The position numbers were made by a program, and so were the translations under genes. From an uncultured archaeon (GTDB lineage: Archaea > Thermoproteota > Nitrososphaeria > Nitrososphaerales > Gagatemarchaeaceae), in NCBI GenBank assembly GCA_963799775.1, contig CAWCYD010000003.1, positions 256,001 through 320,000 of the forward strand: a DNA stretch of 64,000 nt, in the 5' to 3' direction. Positions 1 through 9,592 of this stretch are shown here, piece after piece; the stretch's first letter is position 1; every line of letters starts with the position of its first letter. Below the pieces are notes generated by a model that was not told where the DNA came from, searched no databases, and saw only the letters and a program-made list of their open reading frames with translations.

Positions 1-1
1 G

Positions 2-178
2 GAGGTCATAGCGAAGGGCCGAAGCGGCCTCATCGTCCTGCACCCTCTCCCACGCTCCACGGAGCTGCCCTACGAGATCGACTCTGCCAAGTCTGCGGCC
101 TACATGACCCAGGCGCATCTGGGGTGCCCCTCCAGGATGGCCCTCCTCCTGAAGATACTCGGCGGAGGAAGAAACTGA
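2..178 (+). CDS. pyrB: aspartate carbamoyltransferase catalytic subunit, C-terminal part (truncated by window edge)
   Basis: Frame 2 reads EVIAKGRSGLIVLHPLPRSTELPYEID...RMALLLKILG*, with the HPLPR motif; its TGA overlaps the pyrI ATG. Confidence 0.9.
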   Translation, partial: EVIAKGRSGLIVLHPLPRSTELPYEIDSAKSAAYMTQAHLGCPSRMALLLKILGGGRN

Positions 179-693
179 TGGGCGTAGAGGCTGTATCGCG
201 GAAGGGCGGACAGTCCCGGTCCGACGACCATACCACTATGCTGGTGAGGAAGATACCAGATGGCAGCGTGATCGACCACATCGCCGCGGGGAAGGCGCTG
301 TCGGTCCTGCGGCTTCTCGGCGACCCTCAGGAGAACGGGATAACGATAGCGCTCGTCATGAACGTCAGCAGCTCGAAGATGGGCAAGAAGGACATCGTCA
401 AGGTGGAGGGGATGGAGATCTCGCCCGAGCAGATCCAACGCCTCGCGCTCATCGCTCCTCGGGCCAGCGTGAACATTGTGCGCGCCTATCGGGTGGTCGC
501 GAAGCGGAACGCCGTCCCCCCTCGAACGCTGCGGGGCATCCTGAGCTGCACGGCTCCGACCTGCGTCTCAGTGCGTGAGAAGGAGTCCGCACCCTCGATT
601 TTCTTCCTCTCGGGGCGGTCCCCGCTGAGGTATCGCTGCAAGTATTGCGGCAGGGAGCTCACGGAGAAGGAGATCTCCGCCCAACTGGGATAG
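178..693 (+). CDS. pyrI: aspartate carbamoyltransferase regulatory subunit
   Basis: GSVIDHI, MNVSSSKMGKKDIVKVEG and C-terminal Zn cysteines (C..PTC, CKYC). Confidence 0.95.
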   Translation: MGVEAVSRKGGQSRSDDHTTMLVRKIPDGSVIDHIAAGKALSVLRLLGDPQENGITIALVMNVSSSKMGKKDIVKVEGMEISPEQIQRLALIAPRASVNIVRAYRVVAKRNAVPPRTLRGILSCTAPTCVSVREKESAPSIFFLSGRSPLRYRCKYCGRELTEKEISAQLG

Positions 694-700
694 CTAACGG

Positions 701-1147
701 ATGAAGACCAGGGTTTTCACGACAGGGGTCGTGCTCGACCGGGGCAAGCTCCTGATATTGAAGCGAAAGGACGACGACGACACCTACCCGGGGGTGTGGG
801 ATTGCGTGGGCGGCCACTTTGAAAAGGGCGAGTCCGCCGAGGAGTGCATGCTGCGCGAAGCTCGGGAGGAGAGCGGCCAGCACATGAAGATAGTCAAGGT
901 TGGGCCGCTCATCGAGTACCTAGACCACTATGGAAGGGTCGTCGCCGTGCCCTTCGTCTTGCGCCCTGACCCGAAGGAGGCAATCAGACTGACGGAGCAC
1001 TCCGAGTACAGATGGATAGGCCTGAGCGAGACGCCCAACTTCGAGATCGTGCCGGACCTCCTAAAGGCCCTCTCAGCCTTCGGACTCGTCCCTGGCGCAG
1101 GTCGTCGGAAGCGACTCAAGGCAGGAGCTGCTCGTCAAAACTCCTGA
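701..1147 (+). CDS. NUDIX hydrolase
   Basis: Nudix box GGHFEKGESAEECMLREAREESG. Confidence 0.93.
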   Translation: MKTRVFTTGVVLDRGKLLILKRKDDDDTYPGVWDCVGGHFEKGESAEECMLREAREESGQHMKIVKVGPLIEYLDHYGRVVAVPFVLRPDPKEAIRLTEHSEYRWIGLSETPNFEIVPDLLKALSAFGLVPGAGRRKRLKAGAARQNS

Positions 1148-2378
1148 CGTGTCTCTCTCTGTAGAGTGAGACGAGGTAGTAGATGTTGAGGGCGCAGAAG
1201 ACGGAAGCGCCGAGGAAGAGAAGTGCGTTCCTCTCAAAGCTGAACTGCGCGATGAGGCTGCCCTCTATGTCCAGTGCGTGCGGATAGACGGGCGCAAGGA
1301 ACCTGAGAAGCAGTACGTCGTTTGTCATGGTCACGAGGAAGATGACCGCCAAAGAAGCCAGGAACAGTCTCTTCCTCTGCGGGCTCCACAAGCCCACGTC
1401 GATGAGCATGAGCGCGAACAGGTAGAGCGCATATTGCTCGTTCACCTGGCCCCTGAACAGCAGGAAGGCCAGAGTGATCAGGAGCATCGAACGGACAACG
1501 CCGCGCTCGGTGTCGAACCCGAACCACTTGTATCCGAGGACGGTCGCGACCACGACGGCGACCACCCAGGCGTAGCCGACCGAGGACAGAATGCCGACCG
1601 TCGCGCTGTTGGAGATGACGCCTACGTTGTCCAGGAAGAACAGGAACTCCCAGAGCGAGATGCTCAACCCTCCCTTTGTGATCGTGCTCTGGAGCGTGGT
1701 CCCGAAGACAGAGAACGACCATCCCTCCAGGTAGACTATAACCAGACTCAGGACGATCGGGATGCCTACGGCCAAGACCAGATTCCTGAGCATGCCCGGC
1801 CCCCTCGAGAGGGGGACAGAGTAGATCACGGGTATCGACTTTGCAAACGTCGCCAGCCCGGCCCAAGCCCCTCTCAGCGCGCCTGGCCGAGCGCCGAGGC
1901 TGAGCACGACGAACAGCATCGCGATGGAGTCGAACATCCCCCATATCCCGGAGAGCAGGATGTTGAACGGGGAGAAGAGCCAGACCTTCAGGACGAAGCC
2001 TGCCTTGTCAGAGCCTCGTCGCTCAAGGAACCTGAACAGGCAGTAGGCGAGGAGGACATCGCAGACTATGATCGGCTGCTTGAGGAGGAAGTAATACAAG
2101 AACTGGCTCGGGGAGCCTACGATGGCGTAGACCCCGTACAGCCCTGCGAGGAGGAGGGGCCACATCGGGAGGTACGCTACCGTCGGGTTGCCGCCTGCGG
2201 AGATGTTGTTGACGAAGCTCAATCCGGGTGCTGGAGGGACCAAGCCATACGGATTGACTCCCCGGGCTACCCAATAGCCCGTCCTCACCCAGAGCTCAAA
2301 GTCGTAAGGGTGGCCGGTCCAGAAGCTGAACGCCTCTCTGAGAGCCAGACCCAGCACGAGAAGATATCGGAGCCTCAA
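1116..2378 (-). CDS. multi-pass membrane GT-C fold glycosyltransferase (GT87/PIG-M-like)
   Basis: N-terminal HPYD loop, YLP motif, WLFSPF...WGMFDS, NEQY, about 10 TM helices. Confidence 0.7.
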   Translation of the reverse strand: MRLRYLLVLGLALREAFSFWTGHPYDFELWVRTGYWVARGVNPYGLVPPAPGLSFVNNISAGGNPTVAYLPMWPLLLAGLYGVYAIVGSPSQFLYYFLLKQPIIVCDVLLAYCLFRFLERRGSDKAGFVLKVWLFSPFNILLSGIWGMFDSIAMLFVVLSLGARPGALRGAWAGLATFAKSIPVIYSVPLSRGPGMLRNLVLAVGIPIVLSLVIVYLEGWSFSVFGTTLQSTITKGGLSISLWEFLFFLDNVGVISNSATVGILSSVGYAWVVAVVVATVLGYKWFGFDTERGVVRSMLLITLAFLLFRGQVNEQYALYLFALMLIDVGLWSPQRKRLFLASLAVIFLVTMTNDVLLLRFLAPVYPHALDIEGSLIAQFSFERNALLFLGASVFCALNIYYLVSLYRERHVRSFDEQLLP

Positions 2379-2396
2379 GACATCGCCTCTGGGAAC

Positions 2397-3248
2397 CTAG
2401 ACGCTCGCCCTGTTCCGGGCCTCGACCAGGTCGACGATCCGGCCGTAGCGCCTCTCACACCCTGTGCAAGCGTTCCCCACGATCTCGCCTCCGCAGACGC
2501 AGATCACGTGAGGCTCGTTTCTGGACGTCGTGCGTCCGGCGCCCTTGGAGATCTTGAACTTGATGAAGAGGTTCATCTTGACGGGCCAAAGTCGTGAAGT
2601 CCCGACATCGAACAGCGACAGAGGAGCGAGCCGTTGGAACTTCGCCGAGATCCTGTTGTCAAACAGCCCGACCCCCCTGATCTCCTCACGCACGAGAGAG
2701 CGGTTTCCATATCGCGACAACCGCGACGGATAGATGAGGTGGCCATTTGAGCTCTTGACGACTCGGCCTCGCTCCCTCCTGAGGGCCTTGGTGATCGAGT
2801 TAGCCTCGCTCATGACGAAGGCTCCTCCATCCCGCCCGACCCGCACGACCTCGGAGAGAAGCGCTGCATGATCCGAGACGTGATGGATCACTCTGACGAG
2901 CGAGACCAAGTCGAACGCGTCGTCGTGGAACGGCAGCGAACCAAGGTCGCTCCGCACAAGCGTGGTCTTCTGGCTCAGCTTGGACGATGCGGCCAGGAGG
3001 TTCCTCCTGGAGTAGTCCAACATGAACATCCTATGGAAATGAGGTTCCAGGACCTTGGTTACTCGGCCGAACCCGCCCCCGAGGTCAAGGCAGGCATCCC
3101 CGCCTGGGAGCGCCCATCCCTCCACGAGGCGCCTCTCTGCGGCGTCCGCCAGCCCTCTCCCTCGCCAGACGCTCGAGAAGTCGTAGGTCTCATAGTCCGG
3201 GATCTCGTCAGGAGCCCGGCCGTCGGGAGCGGCCCCTCCGTCCGTCAC
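2397..3248 (-). CDS. class I SAM-dependent methyltransferase with C-terminal Cys ribbon
   Basis: LDLGGGFGR, LPFHDDAFD, VIHH; C-terminal CVC...CTGC; GTG start overlaps the upstream TGA (GTGA at 3248-3245). Confidence 0.85.
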   Translation of the reverse strand: MTDGGAAPDGRAPDEIPDYETYDFSSVWRGRGLADAAERRLVEGWALPGGDACLDLGGGFGRVTKVLEPHFHRMFMLDYSRRNLLAASSKLSQKTTLVRSDLGSLPFHDDAFDLVSLVRVIHHVSDHAALLSEVVRVGRDGGAFVMSEANSITKALRRERGRVVKSSNGHLIYPSRLSRYGNRSLVREEIRGVGLFDNRISAKFQRLAPLSLFDVGTSRLWPVKMNLFIKFKISKGAGRTTSRNEPHVICVCGGEIVGNACTGCERRYGRIVDLVEARNRASV

Positions 3249-4525
3249 GGCGCAGCCCTGGGGTTGTCCCTTCTCTCGAAGACGAAGAGCGTCTGGTCTC
3301 CGAATCTGTTGAACGGGAACTTGTCCGCGAGGGCGGCATCCGCCTTCTCGACCAGGAGCAGCCTCGACCTCAATCTCACGTAGAAGTCGTTCAGGCTCGG
3401 CGGAGGGATGACCGCCGGGAGCGCGGCCATCTTGGTCGTCGAGAAATAGGGCTCGAAGAAGCGTGCGAACTCGCGGGGGGAGTAGTAGTATGCAGGGATG
3501 TCCATCCCCCCGACGGAGACCATTATCGGCTGCCTCTTTCTCGGGGCGAGCGTCCCAAACCTGAACTGGACGGCCCGCGAGAGCGACTCCTCGAGGCAGA
3601 GCCTGTTCCTCACAGAGCAGATGAACAGCCCGCCTGGCTCGAGCAGATTCCAGAGCTCCCGTGCCACGCGGCCCACATCGACCTCGCAGTTCAGGGCGCC
3701 GTTGAGAGAGTAGGCCAGCCTCGCCTTCCCTCCCGGCAGCGCCCCGCTGGCTCGCGCGATCTCGGTCGCCCTCAACTGGATGGCCTCTATCCTTGTGGTC
3801 AGGCCTCTCGCGTCCACCTTTCGTCTCAGGAGCGAGATCATCCCCAGAGAGATATCGGTCGCCACGACCTTCCTGACATGCCTCGAGATGCGGATCGCCT
3901 CCGTCCCTGTGCCGCACCCGATCTCGAGAAGCGTGTCGTCCATGCCCGCCCGGCGGATCACTTCCGCAATCGACCTGTCTCTGGTCCAGACATTGATGAA
4001 ATTCCCCTTTATCGTGAAATCGTATTCCTCAGAGGCCGAGTCGAAAGCGGTGGCTACCGAGTCGAGGTAGTCCGCGCTCTTGGACGTCCATGCCCGAAAG
4101 TCAAGCTTCACGTCGTCCTCTCCCCTGATGGCGCCGCGGAGGGTCGCGGGGCATGTCGGAACCAGGCGCATCGCGCGCGTCGTGGCGCTGGAGTACCAGT
4201 CCTTGACTGTCCTAGCACCGTATTTCTTCGTGTAGAGCCCTCGCATCATCTCACCCTCTGGGGACTCCTCGCAGGAGACCGGCTGCACGTGGTCGCCCAG
4301 CCGGACCTTGGCGACTCGGGAGGCGAGCGCGTTGAGGAACCAATCGGTGTTCGGTGTCCCTGCGAACACGTAGTACGCCCCCTGCGAAATGACGAAGCGC
4401 ATCATAGCGACGTGCGGGATGCCGCTCCTCCTCCCGGTGGTGATCAGCTTCAGCGTCGTCGCGTTCGTTCCCGGAGGGAACTCGCGACCCTGTTCTTGGA
4501 TCGACTCGGCGGCCATCTCAGCCAT
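3245..4525 (-). CDS. fusion of a deazaflavin(F420)-dependent nitroreductase-like domain and a class I SAM methyltransferase
   Basis: N-terminal LITTGRRSG...DWFLN (DDN-type split barrel); C-terminal LEIGCGTG, ATDIS, GALNC, PGG. Confidence 0.8.
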   Translation of the reverse strand: MAEMAAESIQEQGREFPPGTNATTLKLITTGRRSGIPHVAMMRFVISQGAYYVFAGTPNTDWFLNALASRVAKVRLGDHVQPVSCEESPEGEMMRGLYTKKYGARTVKDWYSSATTRAMRLVPTCPATLRGAIRGEDDVKLDFRAWTSKSADYLDSVATAFDSASEEYDFTIKGNFINVWTRDRSIAEVIRRAGMDDTLLEIGCGTGTEAIRISRHVRKVVATDISLGMISLLRRKVDARGLTTRIEAIQLRATEIARASGALPGGKARLAYSLNGALNCEVDVGRVARELWNLLEPGGLFICSVRNRLCLEESLSRAVQFRFGTLAPRKRQPIMVSVGGMDIPAYYYSPREFARFFEPYFSTTKMAALPAVIPPPSLNDFYVRLRSRLLLVEKADAALADKFPFNRFGDQTLFVFERRDNPRAAP

Positions 4526-4526
4526 G

Positions 4527-5493
4527 TCACCGCGAAGAGGATGCGATGTCCAGGTACATCCTTCCTAGGCGCCTATACTTGTTCGACTCGTAGATGCAGT
4601 GGTCTGGCCCTATCCTTGTCTCGAACTCTGACCACCGTCTTCCAAACTTCGCAAACTTTCTGTTCAGCGCCCAGGACTTCATCCTGAGGAAGGAACCCAC
4701 AGTGTGGTAGAGGAGCTGGTTGAGCACTGCGGGACGAGCACCCGCACGCGCGGAGGAGGCGCCCCTCCCCTCCGAGTCCGTCTCCAGCACCCTGATGTCG
4801 TAGAGGGCCGGAAAGTGGACTTTCATCCACTTCGCCTCTTCCAGCAACCCGTGGTATGTCTTCCTGCCTTCGATGAGCTTCACGGTGAGGGCGTCCCTCG
4901 CGAAGATGGGGGTCCTGAGGGGTCCTGAAAGTCCGCTCAGCCCACGCCTCATCCATCTCGAAGCTGAAGCAGAGTTCGGGCACTCCTCTCCTTGACGCCC
5001 TGTATATCCTAGCGAGGAGCAGGCCCTTTAGCATGAACGGCCAGAGGCGGCCTGGCTTGGTCACGCAGAAGTAGTCGATGTCCTCGTCCTCGCTGGCCGT
5101 GAGGTAGGAGTTCGCACCTCCGACCGAGACCAAGAGGGTGCCCTTTGCGAGAAACTTGCCAAAGTCCCTCGCGATCGCTAGGTTTGCTCGGGCCCTCTGC
5201 TTGCTCTTCTCCTCCTCGACGACTATCCTCTTGAGGTCTTTGTCGAGATCCCGCGTCCTCTCAACGACGTAGCCCGACTGCACGACGAACTTGGAGGCCA
5301 GCGAGGGATCCCTCCGGAACGCCTCGTCCAGTTCCTGCTCCCTCGCGTCTATCGGGACCAGTGCGATGAGTTCGCGTAGGGAGATGAGCGCGCCGTTCTC
5401 TCTTGCTATCTGGCAGAACATCCCCACCTCTCGCGCCTGCTTGTCGGTCAGCGTGAGGCTGGTCTCACTGGTCATATCTCTTCCAGATCGCAA
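4527..5493 (-). CDS. nucleotidyltransferase-like protein (frameshift near 4915, probably a sequencing error)
   Basis: GGANSY...DEDIDYFCVTKPGRLW (Pol-beta-type hG-S..DxD); two ORFs join at a GGACC site. Confidence 0.65.
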
Positions 5494-6431
5494 GGTTCTT
5501 GGAAGTCATGGTGTCCCACAGCGCACCGGAGACGGCGATAAGTTCCCCTATCCCCGCCGCTGGCAGCGCCAACACGAGTCTGGGCTTGCCCGCAAGCTCC
5601 CTGATCACTATCTTCAGGCTCGAGGACGGGCTGAAGAACATCATCGTCTCCACCGTGCGGGGGGCCTTGCCCACGAGCCTCTTGACCTGGATGTGCCCGA
5701 AGAGTATCCTCCTCCTCTGGGCAATCAGGTCGACCATCCTCCGGGGGACGTCGATCTGCACTAGCGCGTCCCGTTGGAACCCAACTCTGAAGCCTCTTTC
5801 GCGGATCCTTCCGGCGATGTAGGCCCCGTCGTTGACCACCCCCGGCGGAAGCTGGGGGAGCAGCTTCTTCCTGATTACCATTAACTCGTCGGTCCCGTGG
5901 TTGACCTGGTTCGCGTGCCTCGGGTCGGACGAGAGGAGGTTGAACGATGTCCACATGAGCTCGAGGACGTCTGCGATCAGGCCCTTCGGTTTTTCGAAGA
6001 TCGGCCTCCCCGAGATGAAGCCGAACTTCTCGCCTTGGTCGATGCTCTGGAGGAGGACGGGGATCGACATCGGGTTTATCATCGCGTCGGCGTTGACGTA
6101 GACCAGGTAGTCTCCCTCTGTCTCCCTGAATACCTCGTTTATCGCGTCCGCCTTGCCGGTCCTCGTCTTGTGCTCTATGAGCTTCAATCTCTTGTCCTTG
6201 GCTGCCACCGCCTTCGCGACGCCGAGTGTCTCTTCGGAGCAGTCGCTGGCGACAAGGACGATCTTCGCGAGGATGAAGTTCGGCATCTCGCTGGACAGGA
6301 CTGTGTCTAGCAGGGTCGCCTAGCGCCGGCGGAGTTCCGGTGGCGCAGATCCCGACGGTGTAGGTGCAGGGCCTGTGCTTGCTCGCCTGACCGCTCGCGG
6401 GTGTCGAACTGACCTCCTCGGATTTCTGCAT
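5465..6431 (-). CDS. glycosyltransferase family 2 (frameshift near 6317)
   Basis: TVGICA, GKADAIN, VNAD, VVNDG, QRRR motifs. Confidence 0.85.
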
Positions 6432-6622
6432 TTTTGAGCACCTCTATTCAGATTGCGGCAAACGGGAAGTCTGCCTGCTCTTGAGAATGTCGCTCTTCCG
6501 TCTCATAAGGGTTTGCTCGATGATTTGGGACGAATTTTGAAGAAGCGTTAATACTCGCCTCGACCCGCAACGTTGACTAGTCTCTAGGGAAGCTGCATGT
6601 CCACGGATTCGAAGGGATTGAC

Positions 6623-8220
6623 TTGAGGCAAGGGCTCCGGAGGTTCCTCATCGGTGTCGGCGCGGGCGCGGTGGCGTTGTCAATCTCATTCGTCATCAGG
6701 CTCTACTTCGGGGGTCTCTTCCTCCCCGAGGTCGCGGTGGGGGCGCTTGTGACGAACACGCCCGGCTCGGTGGAGTCCGTCCTCGTCAGCAACCTGCAGT
6801 ATCTGGCAAAGTACTCGGCCCTGACGGGAGCGATAGCGGTCAATCTGGCCCTATACGGGTCCTTGCCTGGTCTCTATCCGGTGTGAGCGGAAGAAGGGGT
6901 TATGGGGATCGTCTTTCGATCTACATGTTCGCGGCATACGGGATCCTCTTCATCATCACTCTCGTCACTCTCACTTTCACGCAGATCCTCAGCTCACCGC
7001 AGCCTATCTCGACGGTCATGTTGACCCTCATCCCGCCCCAGTTCGCCTTCGGCTTGGTCCTGGTGACTGCGGAGAAGTACGCCCCGGTCCAGACGGGCGT
7101 GATCTGCGAGCCACTCAAACCGAAGTCGAGCTCACGCTCGGGGAGGGGCAACAAGCAGAAGTTCGACAGGAGGAGGCGGCTGGTCGATCAGGGCTGGCGC
7201 CGCGACCGCTGTCGCCGGGGTCCTGCTCTACTACGGGGTGAGCCTGCTCTTCCCGAAGGCGAGGCGTGAGAGGACCGAGGCTGTCAGCACGCTCTACGCG
7301 CAGGAGGTCACGCCGAACGAGCCAGTTCTACCGGGTCGACGTCAACATATTCCCTCCGAGCGTCGACTCTAGCACCTGGTCCCTGAGCGTCTCGGGCCTC
7401 GTCGCGAACCCGACGACCCTGACCTACGAGCAGCTCCATGGCCATGCAACCGGTGGAGCAGTACAACACGCTCGAGTGCGTCAGCAACGACGTCGGGGGC
7501 GACCTGATCAGCACGGCGAAGTGGACGGGCGTGAAGCTCGAGGACATCCTGCAGCCAGGCGCAGGGTCAGCCGCAGGCCACCTACGTGGTCTTCAAGGCC
7601 ACCGACGGCTACAGCGTCGGGATACCGATGGAGAAGGCCATGGACTCGACGGGACGATCCTGGCCTACGAGATGAACGGCGAGCCGCTCCCCGCAGGAGC
7701 ACGGGTACCCCGCCCGGCGATAGTCCCCGGATACTACGGGATGATGAACGCAAGTGGATGACGGGCATAGAAGCTGGTCGACGAGACCTACCAGGGATAC
7801 TGGCAGGTCCGCGGATGGGAGAAACGAGGCGCAGTACGAGACGAGCTCCTCCATAGTCGTCACCCCGGGACCGCCCAGGTCGCCGACAGGTTCGGGATCG
7901 CACCGCGCCGTCAGGTCCCGCTGGGTCTGAACGCCCATCGCTGGCGTGGCGTTCGCCGGAGACAGAGGGATAGAGAAGGTCGAGGTCAGCACAGACGGCG
8001 GAAAGACGTGGACGCCAGCCAGCGTGAAAGACCCTCTCTCGGAGTACACCTGGGTGCTCTGGACCGCCGAGTGGAACCCCCCGCCGACGGGGAAGTACTC
8101 GATCGCCGTGCGGGCGACCGACGGGACCGGGCAGGTCCAGACGGCGATCGATGGCCTCGCCCGTTCCCGGGCGGGGCGACGGGCTACAACATCGTCGACG
8201 TCGGCGTCACCTCTGGCTAG
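6623..8220 (+). CDS. membrane-anchored sulfite oxidase-family molybdopterin oxidoreductase (multiple frameshifts)
   Basis: Fragments FYRVD, TLECVSN..GGDLISTAKWTGV, LAYEMNGEPLP, PGYYG, GYWQ, AFAGDRGIEKVEVSTDGG, VRATDGTG. Confidence 0.85.
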
Positions 8221-8224
8221 AGGC

Positions 8225-8506
8225 TCACAGCGTTATCTTCAGCAGGACGGCCAAGCCCACGAACTCGAGCACCGATATCATCGACAGGTAGGGGAGCGCA
8301 GCCTCTCCAAAGAATGGCGCCATAGTCGCGTAGGAGTAGGCAGTAAGCACGCTGTTCGCCAGGAGCAGGATCGCAAAGAACATCAGCCCTACCGAGTGCG
8401 CGGCGTGGCTCCTGGTCGCGATCCCCGCGAAGACCACCAACAGGACGACGAGGAGCGCCGCGTTGAGGACCGAGAAGACAATGGCGACGTCCATCATTGG
8501 GTGCAT
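8225..8506 (-). CDS. small 3-TM membrane protein
   Basis: Hydrophobic 93-aa ORF, divergent from an HTH regulator. Confidence 0.7.
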   Translation of the reverse strand: MHPMMDVAIVFSVLNAALLVVLLVVFAGIATRSHAAHSVGLMFFAILLLANSVLTAYSYATMAPFFGEAALPYLSMISVLEFVGLAVLLKITL

Positions 8507-8604
8507 TATTCAGAAAGCCACCCGTTTTCGGGCCTGCAAAGTATTAAGGATATTTCATATTCTCGGCGCTATGGGTAAATAGCGAGCCAGGAAGTTCAGC
8601 CCTC

Positions 8605-8910
8605 GTGCAGGACAACCAGGACCTGCGCCGTCTTTTGTGGTATCTCCTCGGAGCGACGCGAGGTGGCGAAATGAGAGCCCGGCTCATCCACTCTCTGAAG
8701 GTCCAGCCGGGGAACATGAACCAGCTTGCGAAGCGACTGGGCGTCGAATACAGGACGATCCAGCACCACATAGAGGTCTTGAAGAAGAACTCGCTCGTAA
8801 ACTCCACAGGAGACCACTACGGGCTCACCTACTTCCTGACTCCTTGGTTGGAGGCACACATCGACGTCTTCTACGAGCTGTGCGACAAGCTCAAGTTCAA
8901 ACTTGAATGA
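8605..8910 (+). CDS. ArsR-like winged-helix regulator
   Basis: LLWYLLGATRGG...NQLAKRLGVEYRTIQHHIEVL. Confidence 0.88.
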   Translation: MQDNQDLRRLLWYLLGATRGGEMRARLIHSLKVQPGNMNQLAKRLGVEYRTIQHHIEVLKKNSLVNSTGDHYGLTYFLTPWLEAHIDVFYELCDKLKFKLE

Positions 8911-8978
8911 ATCTCTAGCGAATCTGCAACTGAGTTTGAAATATCGATAAATAGAAAATCCGGCTCAGCGGTTTTCAT

Positions 8979-9527
8979 ATGCAGATCCAAGGCTCCGGCC
9001 GAACCGCGATATCTAACACCGTCTTCGCCGTGACCGTCGTCGTCCTCTTGGTGGTGGCAGCCAGCGGCTTCTTGCTCTATGCGAACAGGTCCCCGATGGA
9101 GGAGACGATGACCGTCACCTCCACGGCCTCGGCGGCGTCGTCGACCCAGACCTCCACAATGTCCAACGAGGCCGTCGCCTTCGCCGCCGTACACGGGCAG
9201 ATGTTCGGGAGCGGCTGGCTGGTCGTCGCGCCTTTGGGCAACGGCGATTACGCCGTGACTGTGCAGGCGACAGGCCTGGAGCCATCGGCCATGGGCAACT
9301 ATATCGTCGAGGCCGCCCAGAAGACAGGGCAGATGGCAAACGTGCCCATCGCGGGCACGAACGACACCCAGAGCGAGTTCGACGCTGATGTCCACGGGAC
9401 CGGGGTCTACTTCACGACCCTCATGGAGAACCCGGCGTCGACCTACGAGAGCGTGTCGCTCGTGTACCTCCCAGGGATGGAGATGCAGAACGCGACCGTC
9501 GTGGCCACCGCGCCTCTCACGATGTAG
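8979..9527 (+). CDS. secreted or membrane-anchored hypothetical protein
   Basis: N-terminal hydrophobic helix after RTAIS, followed by a Ser/Thr linker. Confidence 0.7.
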   Translation: MQIQGSGRTAISNTVFAVTVVVLLVVAASGFLLYANRSPMEETMTVTSTASAASSTQTSTMSNEAVAFAAVHGQMFGSGWLVVAPLGNGDYAVTVQATGLEPSAMGNYIVEAAQKTGQMANVPIAGTNDTQSEFDADVHGTGVYFTTLMENPASTYESVSLVYLPGMEMQNATVVATAPLTM

Positions 9528-9592
9528 AAGCGGGCCGCCCCTTCGAACTTTTAGCCCCACCCGGTCACCCCGAGGCCGTGGAGGCCAGCAAC

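Noticed and set aside
3249-3917. N-terminal 220 aa of the 506-aa ORF
   Set aside because: Alternative frame of the upstream methyltransferase gene; the coupled GTG start at 3248 is more plausible
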